Origin: Zancudomyces culisetae HAW-14-8
Taxonomy: Eukaryota > Fungi > Kickxellomycota
Reading direction: 5' to 3'
Length of the DNA stretch: 64,000 bases
NCBI GenBank assembly: GCA_052426225.1
Contig: JBNJNM010000011.1
Span: 186,001 to 250,000 of the forward strand
In this document: piece after piece, positions 37,388-50,294 of the stretch
How the letters are laid out: the number at the start of each line of letters is the position of its first letter
Numbering within the stretch: the first letter of the stretch is position 1
The notes under the pieces: generated by a model
Database searches by the model: none
Seen by the model: the letters and a program-made list of their open reading frames with translations, nothing else
What the model was told of the DNA's origin: nothing
Translations under genes and position numbers: made by a program

Positions 37388-38560
37388 ATGAGGATTGTAA
37401 ACAAAGTTTCACTTGTATTGGGAGCTCTCACGTCGCTGGCAGTCTCAGCGCCAATCGATCTTTCAGGAGCGGTTAAACAGCACAATAAACGTGATGTAGT
37501 TGTAGTCACTAACTATGTGTATGTCGACGAAATGTCTCACGAACAACAGTCAGCTGACTTAGCCCCAGCCCCAGCACCATCTGCTGAAGTTCCACAATAC
37601 GCACCAAGTGCAAACCCAGAGCAACAGGTAGAGACTGTGGTATCTCTAGCACCAGAATCAGCCCCAGAATCAGTTCCGGCGCAAGAATCAGCTCCATCAT
37701 CAACACCAGCCCCAGCAACCTTGAGCAATGATAGAGTGTTCTCCGGACTGACATATTCCCCATACCAAAGCGACGGTAGCTGTGGAACTTATGAATCAGT
37801 AGCTGCCGACCTTATTAAAGTAGGGCAAATAACAGGGAACATTAGAATTTACTCTACAGATTGCTCACAGCTTGACTACATTACACAAGCAATTACACAA
37901 AACAATCTATCACTCAAGGTTCATGCTGGTATATGGACCTCGAACGGAAGCGATAGAGTAAGCTCAGAAACTGCTGATCTTATCCGCGTACTCTCAAACC
38001 CAGCCAACCGCAATGTCATTGCTGATGTGTCTGTAGGTAATGAGGAAATTTACAAGGGTGCAATGGATGAGGCCACACTGATAGGCTATATCAACTCTGT
38101 AAGATCAGCATTGAGGCAAAATGGCTATTCTCTGCCAGTTTACACAACCGAAATTGACAGTTTGTATTCATCAAACTTGATTGAGGCTAGCGATTTAGTA
38201 CAGGCAAACATTCACTCCTGCTTTGGTGGCGATAATGTATCACCAAAAGACTTGGCTACTCTCACCGTAAACCGATACAATGCTCTTAAGGCACGTGCTG
38301 GATCCAAATACGTCAGAATTGGTGAAACAGGTTTCCCATCTAGCGGACAAACCAGCAACTGTCAAGGAAGCATTGAGAACCAAGATGCATATACTGCCAG
38401 CTTTGTTTGTCAAGCCAGAGCTAACAACATCGATTATTTCTACTTTGAAGCAAAGGATTCTCTTTGGAAAGTAAATGCTCCATCCTATGAAAGAAGCTAT
38501 GGAGTCTTGAACTCTGATGCTTCCGCCAAGATAAACCTTGGCTTCCTTGGCCAATGTTAA
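37388..38560 (+). CDS. Secreted GH17 beta-1,3-glucanase/transglucosylase (Scw4/Scw10/Bgl2-like)
   Basis: Signal peptide, Kex2-type KR site, Pro/Ala/Ser linker, TYSPY, IRIYSTDC, both catalytic Glu motifs VGNE and IGETGFPS, YFEAKD..WK. Confidence 0.92.
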   Translation: MRIVNKVSLVLGALTSLAVSAPIDLSGAVKQHNKRDVVVVTNYVYVDEMSHEQQSADLAPAPAPSAEVPQYAPSANPEQQVETVVSLAPESAPESVPAQESAPSSTPAPATLSNDRVFSGLTYSPYQSDGSCGTYESVAADLIKVGQITGNIRIYSTDCSQLDYITQAITQNNLSLKVHAGIWTSNGSDRVSSETADLIRVLSNPANRNVIADVSVGNEEIYKGAMDEATLIGYINSVRSALRQNGYSLPVYTTEIDSLYSSNLIEASDLVQANIHSCFGGDNVSPKDLATLTVNRYNALKARAGSKYVRIGETGFPSSGQTSNCQGSIENQDAYTASFVCQARANNIDYFYFEAKDSLWKVNAPSYERSYGVLNSDASAKINLGFLGQC

Positions 38561-39872
38561 ACGCGTTTTAATATGCCCACTTATACTGGCTTTCTTATAT
38601 CCCAAGAATTTATTATGATTACATCCCATGACTTCATCCTTTTTTGTAACCAACTCTCTCGTTTAGGATTCAGGAAATCTTCACCACTTAGCCTGTGGCT
38701 ATTATTTCTCTAACACCTTAAAGTAGATCTTTACCTCATACTGTCTGTGTTCCGGTTAACACAGATCTGTCTCTTTTTCATAACTCTAACTTATTACATT
38801 TGGTTGCTTTTACGAAGAAATGAGCTTCTTTATTTTTAGAGCAACTAGATTTTGCATAACATATATTTTATATTACGAATAGTTTTGCCATTCAATAAAC
38901 TATGCTACAAGTATTTACAAACTCTTTGCGTTTTGCAAATTGTCCTCTATATGTTTGCACATGAATATGTGTATGTGTATACTTGTGATAGCAGTTTAGT
39001 TGTTTGCACAAAGCCACTTTTCTTGTTTTTGCACCCATGGGTTACCAAAACCCACTTGGCTCAAAGCACAATAGTCTCTTCAGCTGTTAGCCCATCTGAG
39101 ACCCTTTACATCATCGAAATTCTTGTAACAAATTAATATATATATATACATATTTGCAATCGGTGATGGCAAGGTGTTTATATATTTTTATATTTAATAG
39201 GTACACCACGGCTGTAGTAATCGCTTGGATGCAAAAACAATATTTTACACTTTATTATTGATAACTGGTGACCAAAATATTCGAACATTCTTTATGATAA
39301 AAGTCTTGATTTACGTTGGTGTTGCTTTTCCAAATTAATATCTAATATGCAACTCGTCAGTATAAAGGTATATGACTCCTTATGGTAAGGGTCGTTAATG
39401 TGAATATAACCTAGAAGCCTCAAGTTAACTTGGTACAGGCTTTGTATGTAACAAAAGAAAAGTTCAGGACATAAAAGTTACAGCCTTAAACCAATTTGGT
39501 CAAGGTCTGATCCAATTGGCTTGCTAAAAAAAAAAGCTCAATTTGAATAAACTACTGCATATACTGTTACCCAGTCAATAAACTGTTTTATTAGTAAAAT
39601 GAGTTAGGTGTATCTAAATGGTCTGCGAAAAAAAAAACGATAAAAAAAAAAGCAAAATTGGCCTACCCAAATTGGCCAATTATCTTGTGAAAATAGCATC
39701 ACAGTAGTTAAACACTGTTGAATCCAAAGATTGCCAATATTAATTCCATTTACATAAAGCGAAAAAAAAGTGTAGAAAAATTTTTAGGAAATAATAACTG
39801 AAACTGAGTATATCTTTTTTTCATTATCCTAAAGTCCACTCCTAAGAGCATAAACTTGTAAGACAAAAAGAG

Positions 39873-40258
39873 GTAAGAAATGGTTTATTTTCGACATGAC
39901 TATGCGTGTATTGTGTCAACAGAGCACTGTTGCATTTTGTGAGAGGGGATATACCTTTTGTTTCAACAGGTTAAATAAGCAGCGATTCTTTTTCGAGTTC
40001 TTAATTTGGGATTCGAATCGTAAATGCACTATATATACGAGCTTTACTTGTAAAGGAATGGAATTGAGTTGATATAAAATTCTAGCAGAGAATTTATCGT
40101 TAAAGAACTTTTGACCAACTTACTCTTCAGTGCTGTATTTGCCTGGTTGTTGTGACACGTACCAGGGTTTTTATAACAGATTTTTATGATATACACTATT
40201 GTATCACTGACAAAATATAGAATTAATGTTTTAATATCTAAACTATATTACTCTTTAG
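39873..40258 (+). other. Probable 5'-UTR intron of RPL2 carrying a structured RNA (candidate H/ACA snoRNA)
   Basis: AG|GTAAGA donor at 39873; CTGAC branch site at 40207 with AG at 40220 (alternative TTTAG at 40258); several hairpins inside. Confidence 0.55.
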
Positions 40259-40282
40259 GGATAATTTTGTAGAAAATCAAAA

Positions 40283-41047
40283 ATGGGTCGAGTTATTCGT
40301 TCACAGAGAAAGGGTGCCGGAAGTATCTTCAAATCACACTGTCACAAGCGTGAGGGAGCGGCCAAATATAGATCAGTAGACTTTGCCGAACGAAATGGTT
40401 ATATTAGAGGATTGGTAAAGGAGATCGTTCACGATGCCGGACGTGGCGCTCCTCTTGCTCGTGTACAATTCAGAGATCCATACAGATACAAGACCCGTAC
40501 AGAATTGTTTATTGCTCCAGAAGGTATGCACACTGGACAATTTGTGTTCTGCGGAAAGAAGGCATCTTTGGTTGTTGGAAACGTCTTGCCAGTTGGAATT
40601 CTTCCAGAAGGTACCGTTGTATGCAACGTCGAGGAGAAGCCAGGAGATAGAGGAGCATTGGCTCGCACATCCGGAAACTACGGTACCATCATTGGTCACG
40701 GTGATGATGGCCGTACAAGAATCAAGCTTCCATCCGGTTCCAAGAAGACCGTCTTGAGTGCATGCAGAGCAACCATTGGTATTGTTGCTGGTGGTGGTCG
40801 TATCGACAAACCATTGCTCAAGGCCGGAAGAGCATTCCACAAATACAGAGTCAAGCGCAACTCATGGCCCAAGACAAGAGGTGTTGCTATGAATCCAGTG
40901 GACCATCCTCATGGTGGTGGTAACCATCAACACATTGGTCACGCTTCTACTGTTGCCAGAGACTCCTCAAAGGGTCAAAAGGTTGGTCTTATTGCTGCCC
41001 GTCGTACTGGTCTTTTGCGTGGTTCCAAGAAGACAAAGGATCAATAA
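40283..41047 (+). CDS. RPL2: 60S ribosomal protein uL2 (yeast L2 / mammalian L8)
   Basis: [48 protein letters not shown]. Confidence 0.98.
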   Translation: MGRVIRSQRKGAGSIFKSHCHKREGAAKYRSVDFAERNGYIRGLVKEIVHDAGRGAPLARVQFRDPYRYKTRTELFIAPEGMHTGQFVFCGKKASLVVGNVLPVGILPEGTVVCNVEEKPGDRGALARTSGNYGTIIGHGDDGRTRIKLPSGSKKTVLSACRATIGIVAGGGRIDKPLLKAGRAFHKYRVKRNSWPKTRGVAMNPVDHPHGGGNHQHIGHASTVARDSSKGQKVGLIAARRTGLLRGSKKTKDQ

Positions 41048-41164
41048 TTTACATGTTTGTTTCTTCTATTTTGTCTTTTTTTGTTAAAATTCGTACTTCA
41101 TATCACTAAATAAATACTTTTATTTAAGGTAGAATAAAAACTTGACTTTTCACTTTGTCTTTTC

Positions 41165-41880
41165 AATGTTTCAAGAGATTTGGTTAATATATTAAAAATG
41201 AACGCAAATGTAAACAGGTTGATAGACAAGTAAAATATTACAAAGTGGATAAAGGAAGTTGGAGCAGGCCGACAAAGAAATTGGGTCGACTTACAAGCGG
41301 CCTTTCCACAGTACATGAAACACATTCTTTTCGTAGGTCGAATTCGAATAGGTCAATTTTGGACCGCCACGAGATTAGCAAATTCGGGTTTTATAGATCC
41401 AGATTACAAAGCCAAATGTCCGTTCTGTAAGAAAGAAGAAAAAGAAACAGTTGAGCATTACTTATTAGATTGCAGCAGATGGGACGAGATTAGGAAGGAT
41501 TTACTTACTGAATTTATAGATTTTTATAGCTCTTTTTTATCTAGCACGATTTCCGAGTGTGTTGAGCTTCGCAGGAAAATCGTGGGTAAACTCCTGGGGG
41601 AGGAGTTAAAGCTCAAACTACCTGGGATTCTTCGGGATCCAAACGCCACTTGCGTTAGAGCGGTGGTTTCCACAGCCCGGTTTCTTAACGAGACCTTTTT
41701 ACCTCGCTACCTAGTGTTGAAAGACATTAGTGTAGTCCCACTCCCCTTGAACCAATGCCCATCGGGTACGGAGACTCTAGAGAGTCGAAGGGGAATAGGA
41801 TGAGTTTAGAATATAGATTGTTTTTATTTTTAGGAACTTTTTATTTTCTAAATAAATTTTTTTTCTACCAAAAAAAAAAA
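41165..41880 (+). mobile_element. 5'-truncated non-LTR (LINE-like) retrotransposon fragment: ORF2 C-terminal CCHC zinc knuckle, short 3' UTR, A-tail
   Basis: CPFCKKEEKETVEHYLLDC is the post-RT CCHC motif. The frame extends upstream of 41315 through one TAA (41231). The ORF ends RRGIG*, followed by a T-rich UTR and an A run at 41870-41880. No RT domain and no clear target-site duplication; the left boundary is approximate. Confidence 0.8.
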
Positions 41881-41941
41881 TAATAAAGATAAAACCACAA
41901 TAGATAAAAAAGAAGCGCATTATAAGAGCAAAATTTTAGGG

Positions 41942-42391
41942 TTAGAGACCGGCAATAGCAATACAAATAAATGCGGCAACAATGCAAACCAACTTACCAC
42001 CTCCAGTTCTGAAATTGTAGGCATCGCTACTTTTGGTGGAACTATTGGAAGCAGAGTTAGAGGCTGAATCAACAGAGGCTGAAGCAGCAGAAGAACCAGG
42101 TGCAGGGCTAGAATCAGATGTTGTAGAGGTGGTGCCTGAGGCTTCACTTGTGCTGTTCATTTCGTTGCCTGCCATCTTCATACAATGCACCATGTTGGGG
42201 CTCATTGTCATACATGTACTGGATGCATCACAGTTCTCGGTAACCCAGTCAGGGTGTCCACAACTGGCGATCTGACTCTCGTTAACACAGGTTATTGGAT
42301 AGGCTGGACAGTTGTGAGCTTTAACTGCTAGGAGCACTGCGAAAAGCTGTAGAAGCAAGAGTTGTACCAAGGTTGGAAGTTTTGCAATCAT
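41942..42391 (-). CDS. Small secreted Cys-rich, probably GPI-anchored protein with CBM19-like (chitin-binding) module
   Basis: Signal peptide; C..CVNESQIASCGHPDWVTENCDASSTC..C; Ser/Thr-rich stalk; omega-like SSDA followed by a hydrophobic C-terminus. Confidence 0.7.
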   Translation of the reverse strand: MIAKLPTLVQLLLLQLFAVLLAVKAHNCPAYPITCVNESQIASCGHPDWVTENCDASSTCMTMSPNMVHCMKMAGNEMNSTSEASGTTSTTSDSSPAPGSSAASASVDSASNSASNSSTKSSDAYNFRTGGGKLVCIVAAFICIAIAGL

Positions 42392-44483
42392 TTTCTGAAT
42401 CTCTGAAGGGATTTGTGGGTTGTGAAAAATATTATATTTTCTATAACAAGAAAGTTGTTTTTTTTTATGTTCCTTTCGGATCTCGAACCGAGGTTGTCCT
42501 TTTATATCTTTTAGTCATTTCAGAAGACCAGGTTTTTTTTTATAATATAAAGTTGGTTGGTAGTACTTGAAACAATCATTGCTCAATTTATGACTTTATC
42601 AACAATCAGGGCTTATGAATTTGACCAGAAACAAAAATCAAATACATACACCCTCTCTTTGGTCATTCATTTATTTTTTATAGGCCTTCAGTTCTCTTAG
42701 TAAGTCGTGTTAATTTGTTGCCAGGAAAATCTCGTATATTTCTAAACACTGATATCTAATCATCTCAAATCATCGGAGTTTCTGCTGTATTTACTTTACT
42801 AATGAGTGCTATTTTTCAGCGCCTGCCTAGACCTATAGATTTAGTGAAAAAAAATTTTTTTTACTTATTTCATATTAGGATTGAGGATAGGCTGTTGTTA
42901 ACCCAAAACCTGAAGGGATTTTCTCAAAAAAAACATCCGAGAATCGCCAACAAATAGCGGCACAAGATAAATCACTTCGTTTTATAATTCCAGCGGTTTC
43001 TTTCGGTCCGAATTCTAATTTACTCATATACACCTTCACACAAAATAAATTTCACATGATTGCAAATCGCTTTTAATTGACTATGATAAAAGAAAAAGTA
43101 AATATGTGAACATGAATATATGAATTTTTATCGCAGACAAATCTGAGTTGAGGACAAACAAAAAAGTGTTTTGCTAATGGTCGTGTGTAACGGATAAGTA
43201 GGCTGAAATAGATGCTGAGTACATCGTGTAATGACTCCGGTATAAGTAGAATGGTGTTTTGGAAGCAAGCGCTGGTTAAGGTATCTGGGTGTCCGGTTCT
43301 TTTTTTAAAATGTTCTGAATACCTTTGTAATTTATATTTTCTGTCATTTTTTTATGCCTAGAAAGATATGAAGGATATATTGAAATATAACTATCACAAA
43401 CTGGTTGGGATTGTTCAAACCAACGTAGCTATGAGATATAAAAACAATTGAAATAGTGATATTTTAAACCCATAAGACTTAAAAACAATAGTTATTTTTA
43501 TAACCGTACCACCTTAATCTAGAAAGTATTCATCTCTTGCTAAAAGCTTTACAGTTACCCAATTCAATCTAAAACAAAATTGAAGCTATATGAAGCTCTT
43601 ATTGGCGAATTTTATGGTATAGGTCAAGCTGAATATCATAAAATATGTTGAAATTTTATAATAATACAATTTAATTACTAAGAAGATTTCATACCAAGGA
43701 AGAGACCAAGCTGCACCAAATTTATCATATAACGTGTGTACGAAATGTTAAAGTTTTGAAAAAAGATAATTGTATGGAGTAGTGTAGGTGAGTCTAGTTT
43801 AATTCTTAGACAGAAACTATACCCACACTGTTTGTGCATGATATTTTCAAACAAGACTAGGATGATAATAATCCTTTGATTAGTGTTTTGTCTTTTTTTT
43901 TTTACGAGAATCGCATTGACATGAAAAAAATGTACTATTTGTATCAAATTGGATCATTGTAAGCATTTAAGCCAATAAACAAGAAATAGGTACAATGTGA
44001 ATTGATAATGGCTAGATGTAAAAGTGAAAAATGTAGTACATGTAATACCATAGTATCTGGACACAAAAAACAATAAAGTGAATACAATTAACTCTCGAAC
44101 TTTCCCACCTTTTTTCTACTAAAACTAGACTTGTTGATAAAGACATCTCAATGTTGTCCCAAACAACACAATTAACCATAACTAAAAAAATAGTTGAAAA
44201 ATCCAGAGAGCTCCAGGTATAGTACTAATACCTATGTATGCCATGTATGCCATGGTATTAAGTTAGAAAGTGAGAATGCAAAGTGTTGTGCAGACATGCT
44301 TTTCTTACGCTATGGCTTGTGTCAAAAAGAGCTAAAGTTTCAACTATGAAATACGTCTGATGTGTGAGCAGTTTTAGATTGTTACCTATTTGATGCATAT
44401 CATACAGGCAACTGAGTTGATTTATTACGCCCTATTCACAAAAAACAGCAGATAGACATAGCAAGTAATATTGGGTGGATGAA

Positions 44484-44521
44484 TGCGGATGCGGATGCGG
44501 ATTTGTATTTGTATTTGTATT
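44484..44521. repeat. Compound hexamer repeats (gcggat)3(ttgtat)3
   Basis: Seen directly, just past the stop of the F-BAR gene. Confidence 0.8.
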
Positions 44522-44576
44522 ATTTTTATTTTAGTTTAATAATCTAAACGTATATTGTAAAATATAGATAAATAGC

Positions 44577-45346
44577 TTAATAAGTATAAGGTTCAGTAAA
44601 GTTAGAGGGGAAGAGGCCACGCTTAATAAAACCCGTTTTAGGATCAGTTATTTCTCCATCCCACCAGCCATCCTGAGTAATGGAATATACAGTAATAATG
44701 GCACCTTCGTATAAAGACAATTCCTCAGGAGCTTCAGCTTCGTAGTCATACAATGCCTTGACATAAGAAACAATGGGGCGGTTATTGGGGTTTAGATTTG
44801 GATCGTTGGAATTGAGGTTAGAAGCAGGTGTGGGAGTGGTGTTTGGAGGGCGGTAGCGATTTGTGGCAGCAGATGTGAGGGTGGAGGAGTTGATGGATGG
44901 GGATGATGAGGCATGAATAATAGGTTGGGGTTGAGGTTGGGGTTGAGATTGTGGTTGAGACTGAGTTTGAGGTTGAGTTTGGATTGGCTGCTGGTTAATA
45001 TATTGTTGTGGATAGTGAGAAGTGGAAGCGGAGGAGGTAGGACGTCTGGAGAAGGTATAGGAGTTTGAGCGTTGTTGTTGCTGAGGAGAAGAGTATTGAT
45101 AATAGTTGTTGTCTGGGCGAGACATAGATAAGCGCTGTGTATTTAGATTGGAGTCAGAAACCATAGAATAATTAGACATTGCCGAAGAAATGTTCATACG
45201 GCCATCGTTGCGTGATTGGATAGTGGAGTTTCGATTAACCATATATCCAGGAGGTGGTTGATTATGAATGGATGGAGATGAAGTGGCGTGATTAATAGGT
45301 TGTTGTTGTTGTTGAATTGATTGTTGCTGTTGCTGTTGTTGTTGCT

Positions 45347-45395
<49 letters not shown>

Positions 45396-47060
45396 TTGTT
45401 GTGAAAACTGATTGTTGAAGGAATTATTGGCACGCCCATCATGTGTAGAGGAAGCTGCTTGGTTTTGGATATTTGCTACAGTGTCGCGTGACAAAAGTGT
45501 CTGACTCTGCATATTTGAACTCATATTTCCGCTGCTATTGTTAATGTTTCCACTACTACCATTGTTGCTTTTGTTACCCAATGAAGCGGCTGCTAGCTTT
45601 TCCTGGGCATCAATTATTTCTACCTTTTCCATCGTTCCATTGCGAATTGTTTGTTGATGAATCGATGAGTCATCCTGCATTTTTCCCGTTCCAAACATTT
45701 CAATAAATTTGGCGATATCCTGCTCCACAACCTGGTCCTCCAAAACTACACGAATTCGTTCCATTGCCTCATCATCGCTTACACATATTTCAGAAACATG
45801 ATTTGCATATGACCACAATGCCGTCTTTACATAGTCCAGCCGCCGCTCCTCCAAAATCTGGAATACGTCACACGCCGTTTTCCAAATACCCTGCCATTCG
45901 TACTCGGCATCCTCTAATCGTTTTTCTAGTTCGACGATTTGTGCTGCCCCCGCGATTGCATTCGCTCGGGATTTTTCGTACTTATTTACCAACTATTTTT
46001 CAAGTTTTATGGTTTTGGTTATACATATATTTTTCGCTACATATTTTTTACAACATCACCTTTGCTAAGCAAAAGTTAGGCTAACGTTACCTTTTGATCG
46101 CCCATCCCTTGCACGTCTCTTAGTTGTTGTTCGTACTCATTTGCCTTCTTGTCGTCGTTTCTTTGTTTTTCCCTGATCTATTCTCATTTCAATTCCAGTA
46201 CCCAACAATTTATTAATAATCTTGTAAGGGTTTCTGTTCTGTATAGAATACATGTATATATATATATATATATATTATTACCTTTGTTAGCTGCTGTTTG
46301 ATATTACTTCTATTTCTTGCGCTTTTTTCTATAATACTAACTTGCGTCTTCCGTTGTTGCCGCTGCTGTGCTATCAATGCTGCAAGAGGTTTTTCTATAT
46401 CCTTTTTTAGATGCTGTGAAAGAGTCATATGTGCCCTACCCGTACTTTCCAACTCGGTTCTTACGGTAACCAGTGTTTTTTTTATAGTCCTATTCACCAT
46501 CATGTACCATTTCACGTTTTATTAGATTTTTTTTTGTTTTGGCAATACTTTTCGAGTCTTATGAAAAAGAAAAACACCTGGAAAACACCTGGAAAACACT
46601 TGTATTTACCCTATTTCTTCTGATCCCAAACTAGCCTTCGATAATTTGAGTAGCTTTTTACCATAGTCATCTTCTAGTTGTGCCCTATTTAACCCATATC
46701 CACCATAACATTATTATCTAGTCATCTATACCTCAATATTTGAATACAAAAAGTACATGTATCTATATATTTCTATTACCTTGTTGTTATTATGTTCAGT
46801 ATATCAACACAAGTATGTTTCGCGCTTTTTAGCTTATGCAATAGTACTGATACTCCTCGGTCATCATCGGACTATAACAACAATCGTTTTAGTTTTATTA
46901 TCTTTATTATAATGCTGTCAATTATAATCGCGTTGAAATTCAAACGGCTTATTACCCAAAAGTTTTCGGAAAACTTGACTTTGCTGAGTATCTTTTCCTC
47001 AGCACTACCGCTGCCAGCGTTGCTACTTGACGCGCCCATTGCTGAGGTTTCGTTAGACAT
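44577..47060 (-). CDS. F-BAR plus SH3 cytokinesis protein (Cdc15/Imp2/Hof1/PSTPIP family), multi-exon
   Basis: FSENFW|SDDDRGVSVLL..R|AQLEDDYGKKLLKLS; FQILEERRLDYVKTALWSYAN..S..CVSDDE; C-terminal SH3 ALYDY..EELS..DGWW..GLFPSNF. Probable ATG at 47060. Confidence 0.9.
45301..45402 (-). repeat. CAA/CAG trinucleotide tract encoding polyQ in the F-BAR protein linker
   Basis: (tgt/tgc)n on the + strand; long Q run in the translation. Confidence 0.95.
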
Positions 47061-48809
47061 TCTGGAATTGTAACTCTTTTCGCCTTGTTCTTTAATCGCT
47101 TCCTGACTGTTTGAATTCCTAAGCTTTTTTTCTAATGCCCCACTTTCACCCAACGATAAGAGCTTGAATTTTGAGCTATTTTTGATTTTCAATGTTCATA
47201 AGCCTCTCTTTAATTTTTTTTGTGAGCTTGTATGTTTCTATGATTTATAGTGCTTACCTTAATCTTTTCATATTTTAGTTTTTTCAAATATAAACAAACC
47301 AAGTTTATTAAATATCTGTTATTTAGTTTGTGTGTTGCTAATACACAGTTTTTTTCTTCTTTAATTTAGCTGTAATTTTACACGGAAATTAGCTGTTTTC
47401 CGTTTTTTTTATCGGTATTTTGGACGAACGCGTTATATTTTACTGAAATTAATAATAGCAGTTAACAAACTAGGAGAGCTAACAAACCATTTTGGTGATT
47501 TTATTAGCATTACGTTTGTACCTTTATTTTTCAGGTAAATATTGCTTAATTTCCATTTCTTCTAGCTGACCTTTGCAGCAATTGGAAATATATGTTCTCG
47601 TTTACAAAATTCACTAGCACCATATGGCGTAATAATTTTCACCATGTGAGTTGGCCCAATATGCGGCGGGCTTTTGTGATTTGCCAAATTCTGCTTTACC
47701 ATGACCAATTTTATTCGTTGATTTGGGGTTTATAGAATTTTTTTCTTAATTGGTGAAAAAGTAAAAAAGGAATTCCTGGCATTGTATACTCTGTGTATTT
47801 CATTTTCAAATCAATTAGCCGAGCTTTTGAAAAACAAACTAATCAAAACTAAAACTAAAACGAAAACTAAAATGTGTTTTGCAAGATTGGCTCATTTTTC
47901 GTGTGCTGGTTTCAGTTTTAATTTGGTAATAACCTTTCCTTTCTTTAATGAAATCAATTGGTTCTTGCGTAGTCTTTGTTTTTGATTTCAGTAGCTTGGA
48001 AAGAATTAAAGAAAACGGAAAAGTACTGTTTTGTTTTCAATACTCTTGATAATATACTGTCCATCTAAATATAGGACAAAAAACCGTCCTTTCAGTGTAG
48101 TTGCGAGAAGTGTGTGTTGTATACTTAATCACACATTTAATCTGCACCCAAAACACCTGAAAATGCTTGGCACTAAATTTACTAGCATTTTCTGCTCAAC
48201 ATCTACACTCTACCCAATTGCACTATATTTGCTCCAGTTTATGTAAAACAAGCTTTCGCCCTAAGGTGTTAGATTCAATTTTATTATCCCAAATCCAATG
48301 GTATCGTTGGCCTCAGTTAGACCCTATAACTTCTTGTGTGTGTACTTTATTTTTATTCAAAACTAAACTCAATTCTGAAAAATACCATCATCTATCAACT
48401 ATCATTTTCTAGTTTCAAGAGGTGGTGGTAATTTCAAAACTACTTTTATATTTAAATTGTCAGAGAAGTACTGTTGTGCCCCCAGCGCTATTTCGCTATC
48501 TTTGATTGACATCCGATGGTTGTGACACCCCTCCCCAGTAGGTTTGTGGCTCTTTAGCACATTTGAAATGAGAGTAGGCAACCTTTTATTCAATTAGTAA
48601 TTTTTCTGCCCCATTTTCTTGGCTCTTGCTTACTTGAAAGACTATTGGACAGCATAAATTGAAAACGATTGGTAGTGTGTAACTTTTTTTTGTTTGTTAA
48701 ATATGCAACATTACTTGGTAGTTGTGCTAATACTACCTTTCTGGGTATTTTCCAAGATTAGTATACACAAGACATAGATAAATAGAAATAGCATCCAAGA
48801 AAACACAAA

Positions 48810-50294
48810 ATGAATGACATACCTAAAGATCTTTTAAAGATCCTGCCATATGTGCAAAGGGGCAAGGAAATGTCCACAGCAGATTCTGTTATCGCGTATT
48901 ATTGTAATTTCAACCTTTGTTAATAGCTTGAATTTGCTTCATTTATTATATCCGTTATAACTTTTATATTGAGGTCACAGCTAGATTATTCTGTGTTAAA
49001 GATTTACTTTGCTAAATTTTCTCAAAATGAAGTATAAACTCAAGTAAATTTGAAAATTCAATAGGTATACATTATGCGGTGAAAGTTGGTCTTGGCTTAA
49101 ACCAGGGAAATCTAAGCGAAGAAGCAAATCAATATATCTCGTCTTTGTTAGACACTCTCGAAAAGTTAAAAGAAGAGTTGAATGAAAAAGAGGAGGTGAA
49201 AAATGAACAAGCTGGTTTTGAGTATTTGAGGAAATTTGCACTAATGATATTTACAAAGACAGACAACGAGGATCGACTACAAACACCAACTGCGTAGGTG
49301 ATTATTCCCTTTGTTTTTTTGTTTTTTATATTATATCCAAATACAAATTCGACGTATGAAAGATAAGAACAAGACCTAATAAGGTTGAGTAAATCTGTGT
49401 ACCTGTGTTTTTAACATTATATCTATTTTTAGAGTGACAGCAAGGAATTTTATAATATCGACACATTTTATGGAGGTTTTAGCTGACTTTAAACCCCTGG
49501 AGTCGGATGTAAGTTTCTGTAACTTTATTTCTGTTTTTTCGTTTTTAATAATCTAGCATTAATATCTTGTGTATAAACTAATATAGATTAAAGAAAAAAT
49601 CAAATATGCAAAGTACAGGGCTGCAGGGATAATGAGAGCCATTAGAGAGGGTCGAGATCCAACTTTGAGTATACAGACAGAAGCTCAACCACGGGTACAA
49701 ACATCAACAGCTGAGGACCAGCGGGAAACGCATTCGACCCTAGACGCGACAAAACATTCGTTCGATCAAAGTAGTAGCACTGCAGACAAGAACAAAGGCA
49801 GTAGTGATATAGGTGATATAAGCGACATCCTAAATTTTGCATCACCAAAAGCTACCAAATCAAAAAAATCGGATACCTCTACACCACAAGAAATCAAATC
49901 TTTTGATGAATTCAAGTATCCAAGCTTTAACCACAACGACGACCTTATGAGCAAGCCAACTATATCACGACCAGTACCCCCATTATCACCTCCATCATCA
50001 GGAATGATGATGAGCAGGGGTTTAGAAGATACTAAGAATGATTACAGTCAAACTCTTGTCACTAAAACCAAAGGTACAGCTACAGCTGCTGCCACACCGC
50101 TTATTAGTACATCTAATTCACCTACAATAGCGTTTAGCGAAGTTCAGCCCCCCGTTTTAGATCTGAGTGCATCAAAATCTGCTGCAAAGCATGCCCGCTG
50201 GGCGATCAGCGCCTTAGATTATGACGACGTTGAAACTGCAATAAAAAACCTGGAGCTAGCTATCAACACGCTCTTACCTTATAGAAAACGGTAA
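48810..50294 (+). CDS. VTA1: Vacuolar sorting protein Vta1 (ESCRT/Vps4 cofactor), multi-exon
   Basis: MNDIPKDLLKILPYVQRGKEM..DSVIAYY, LLDTLEKLK, FALMIFTKTDNEDR, KIKYAKYRAAGI; C-terminal VSL domain AAKHARWAISALDYDDVETAIKNL. Confidence 0.93.

Noticed and set aside
38628-38680. ATGA..AA..GA SECIS-like hairpin in the GH17 3' UTR
   Set aside because: Weak stem, and the upstream gene has no in-frame TGA.
40373-40840. 155-aa antisense ORF over RPL2
   Set aside because: Expected shadow of a codon-biased, highly expressed gene.
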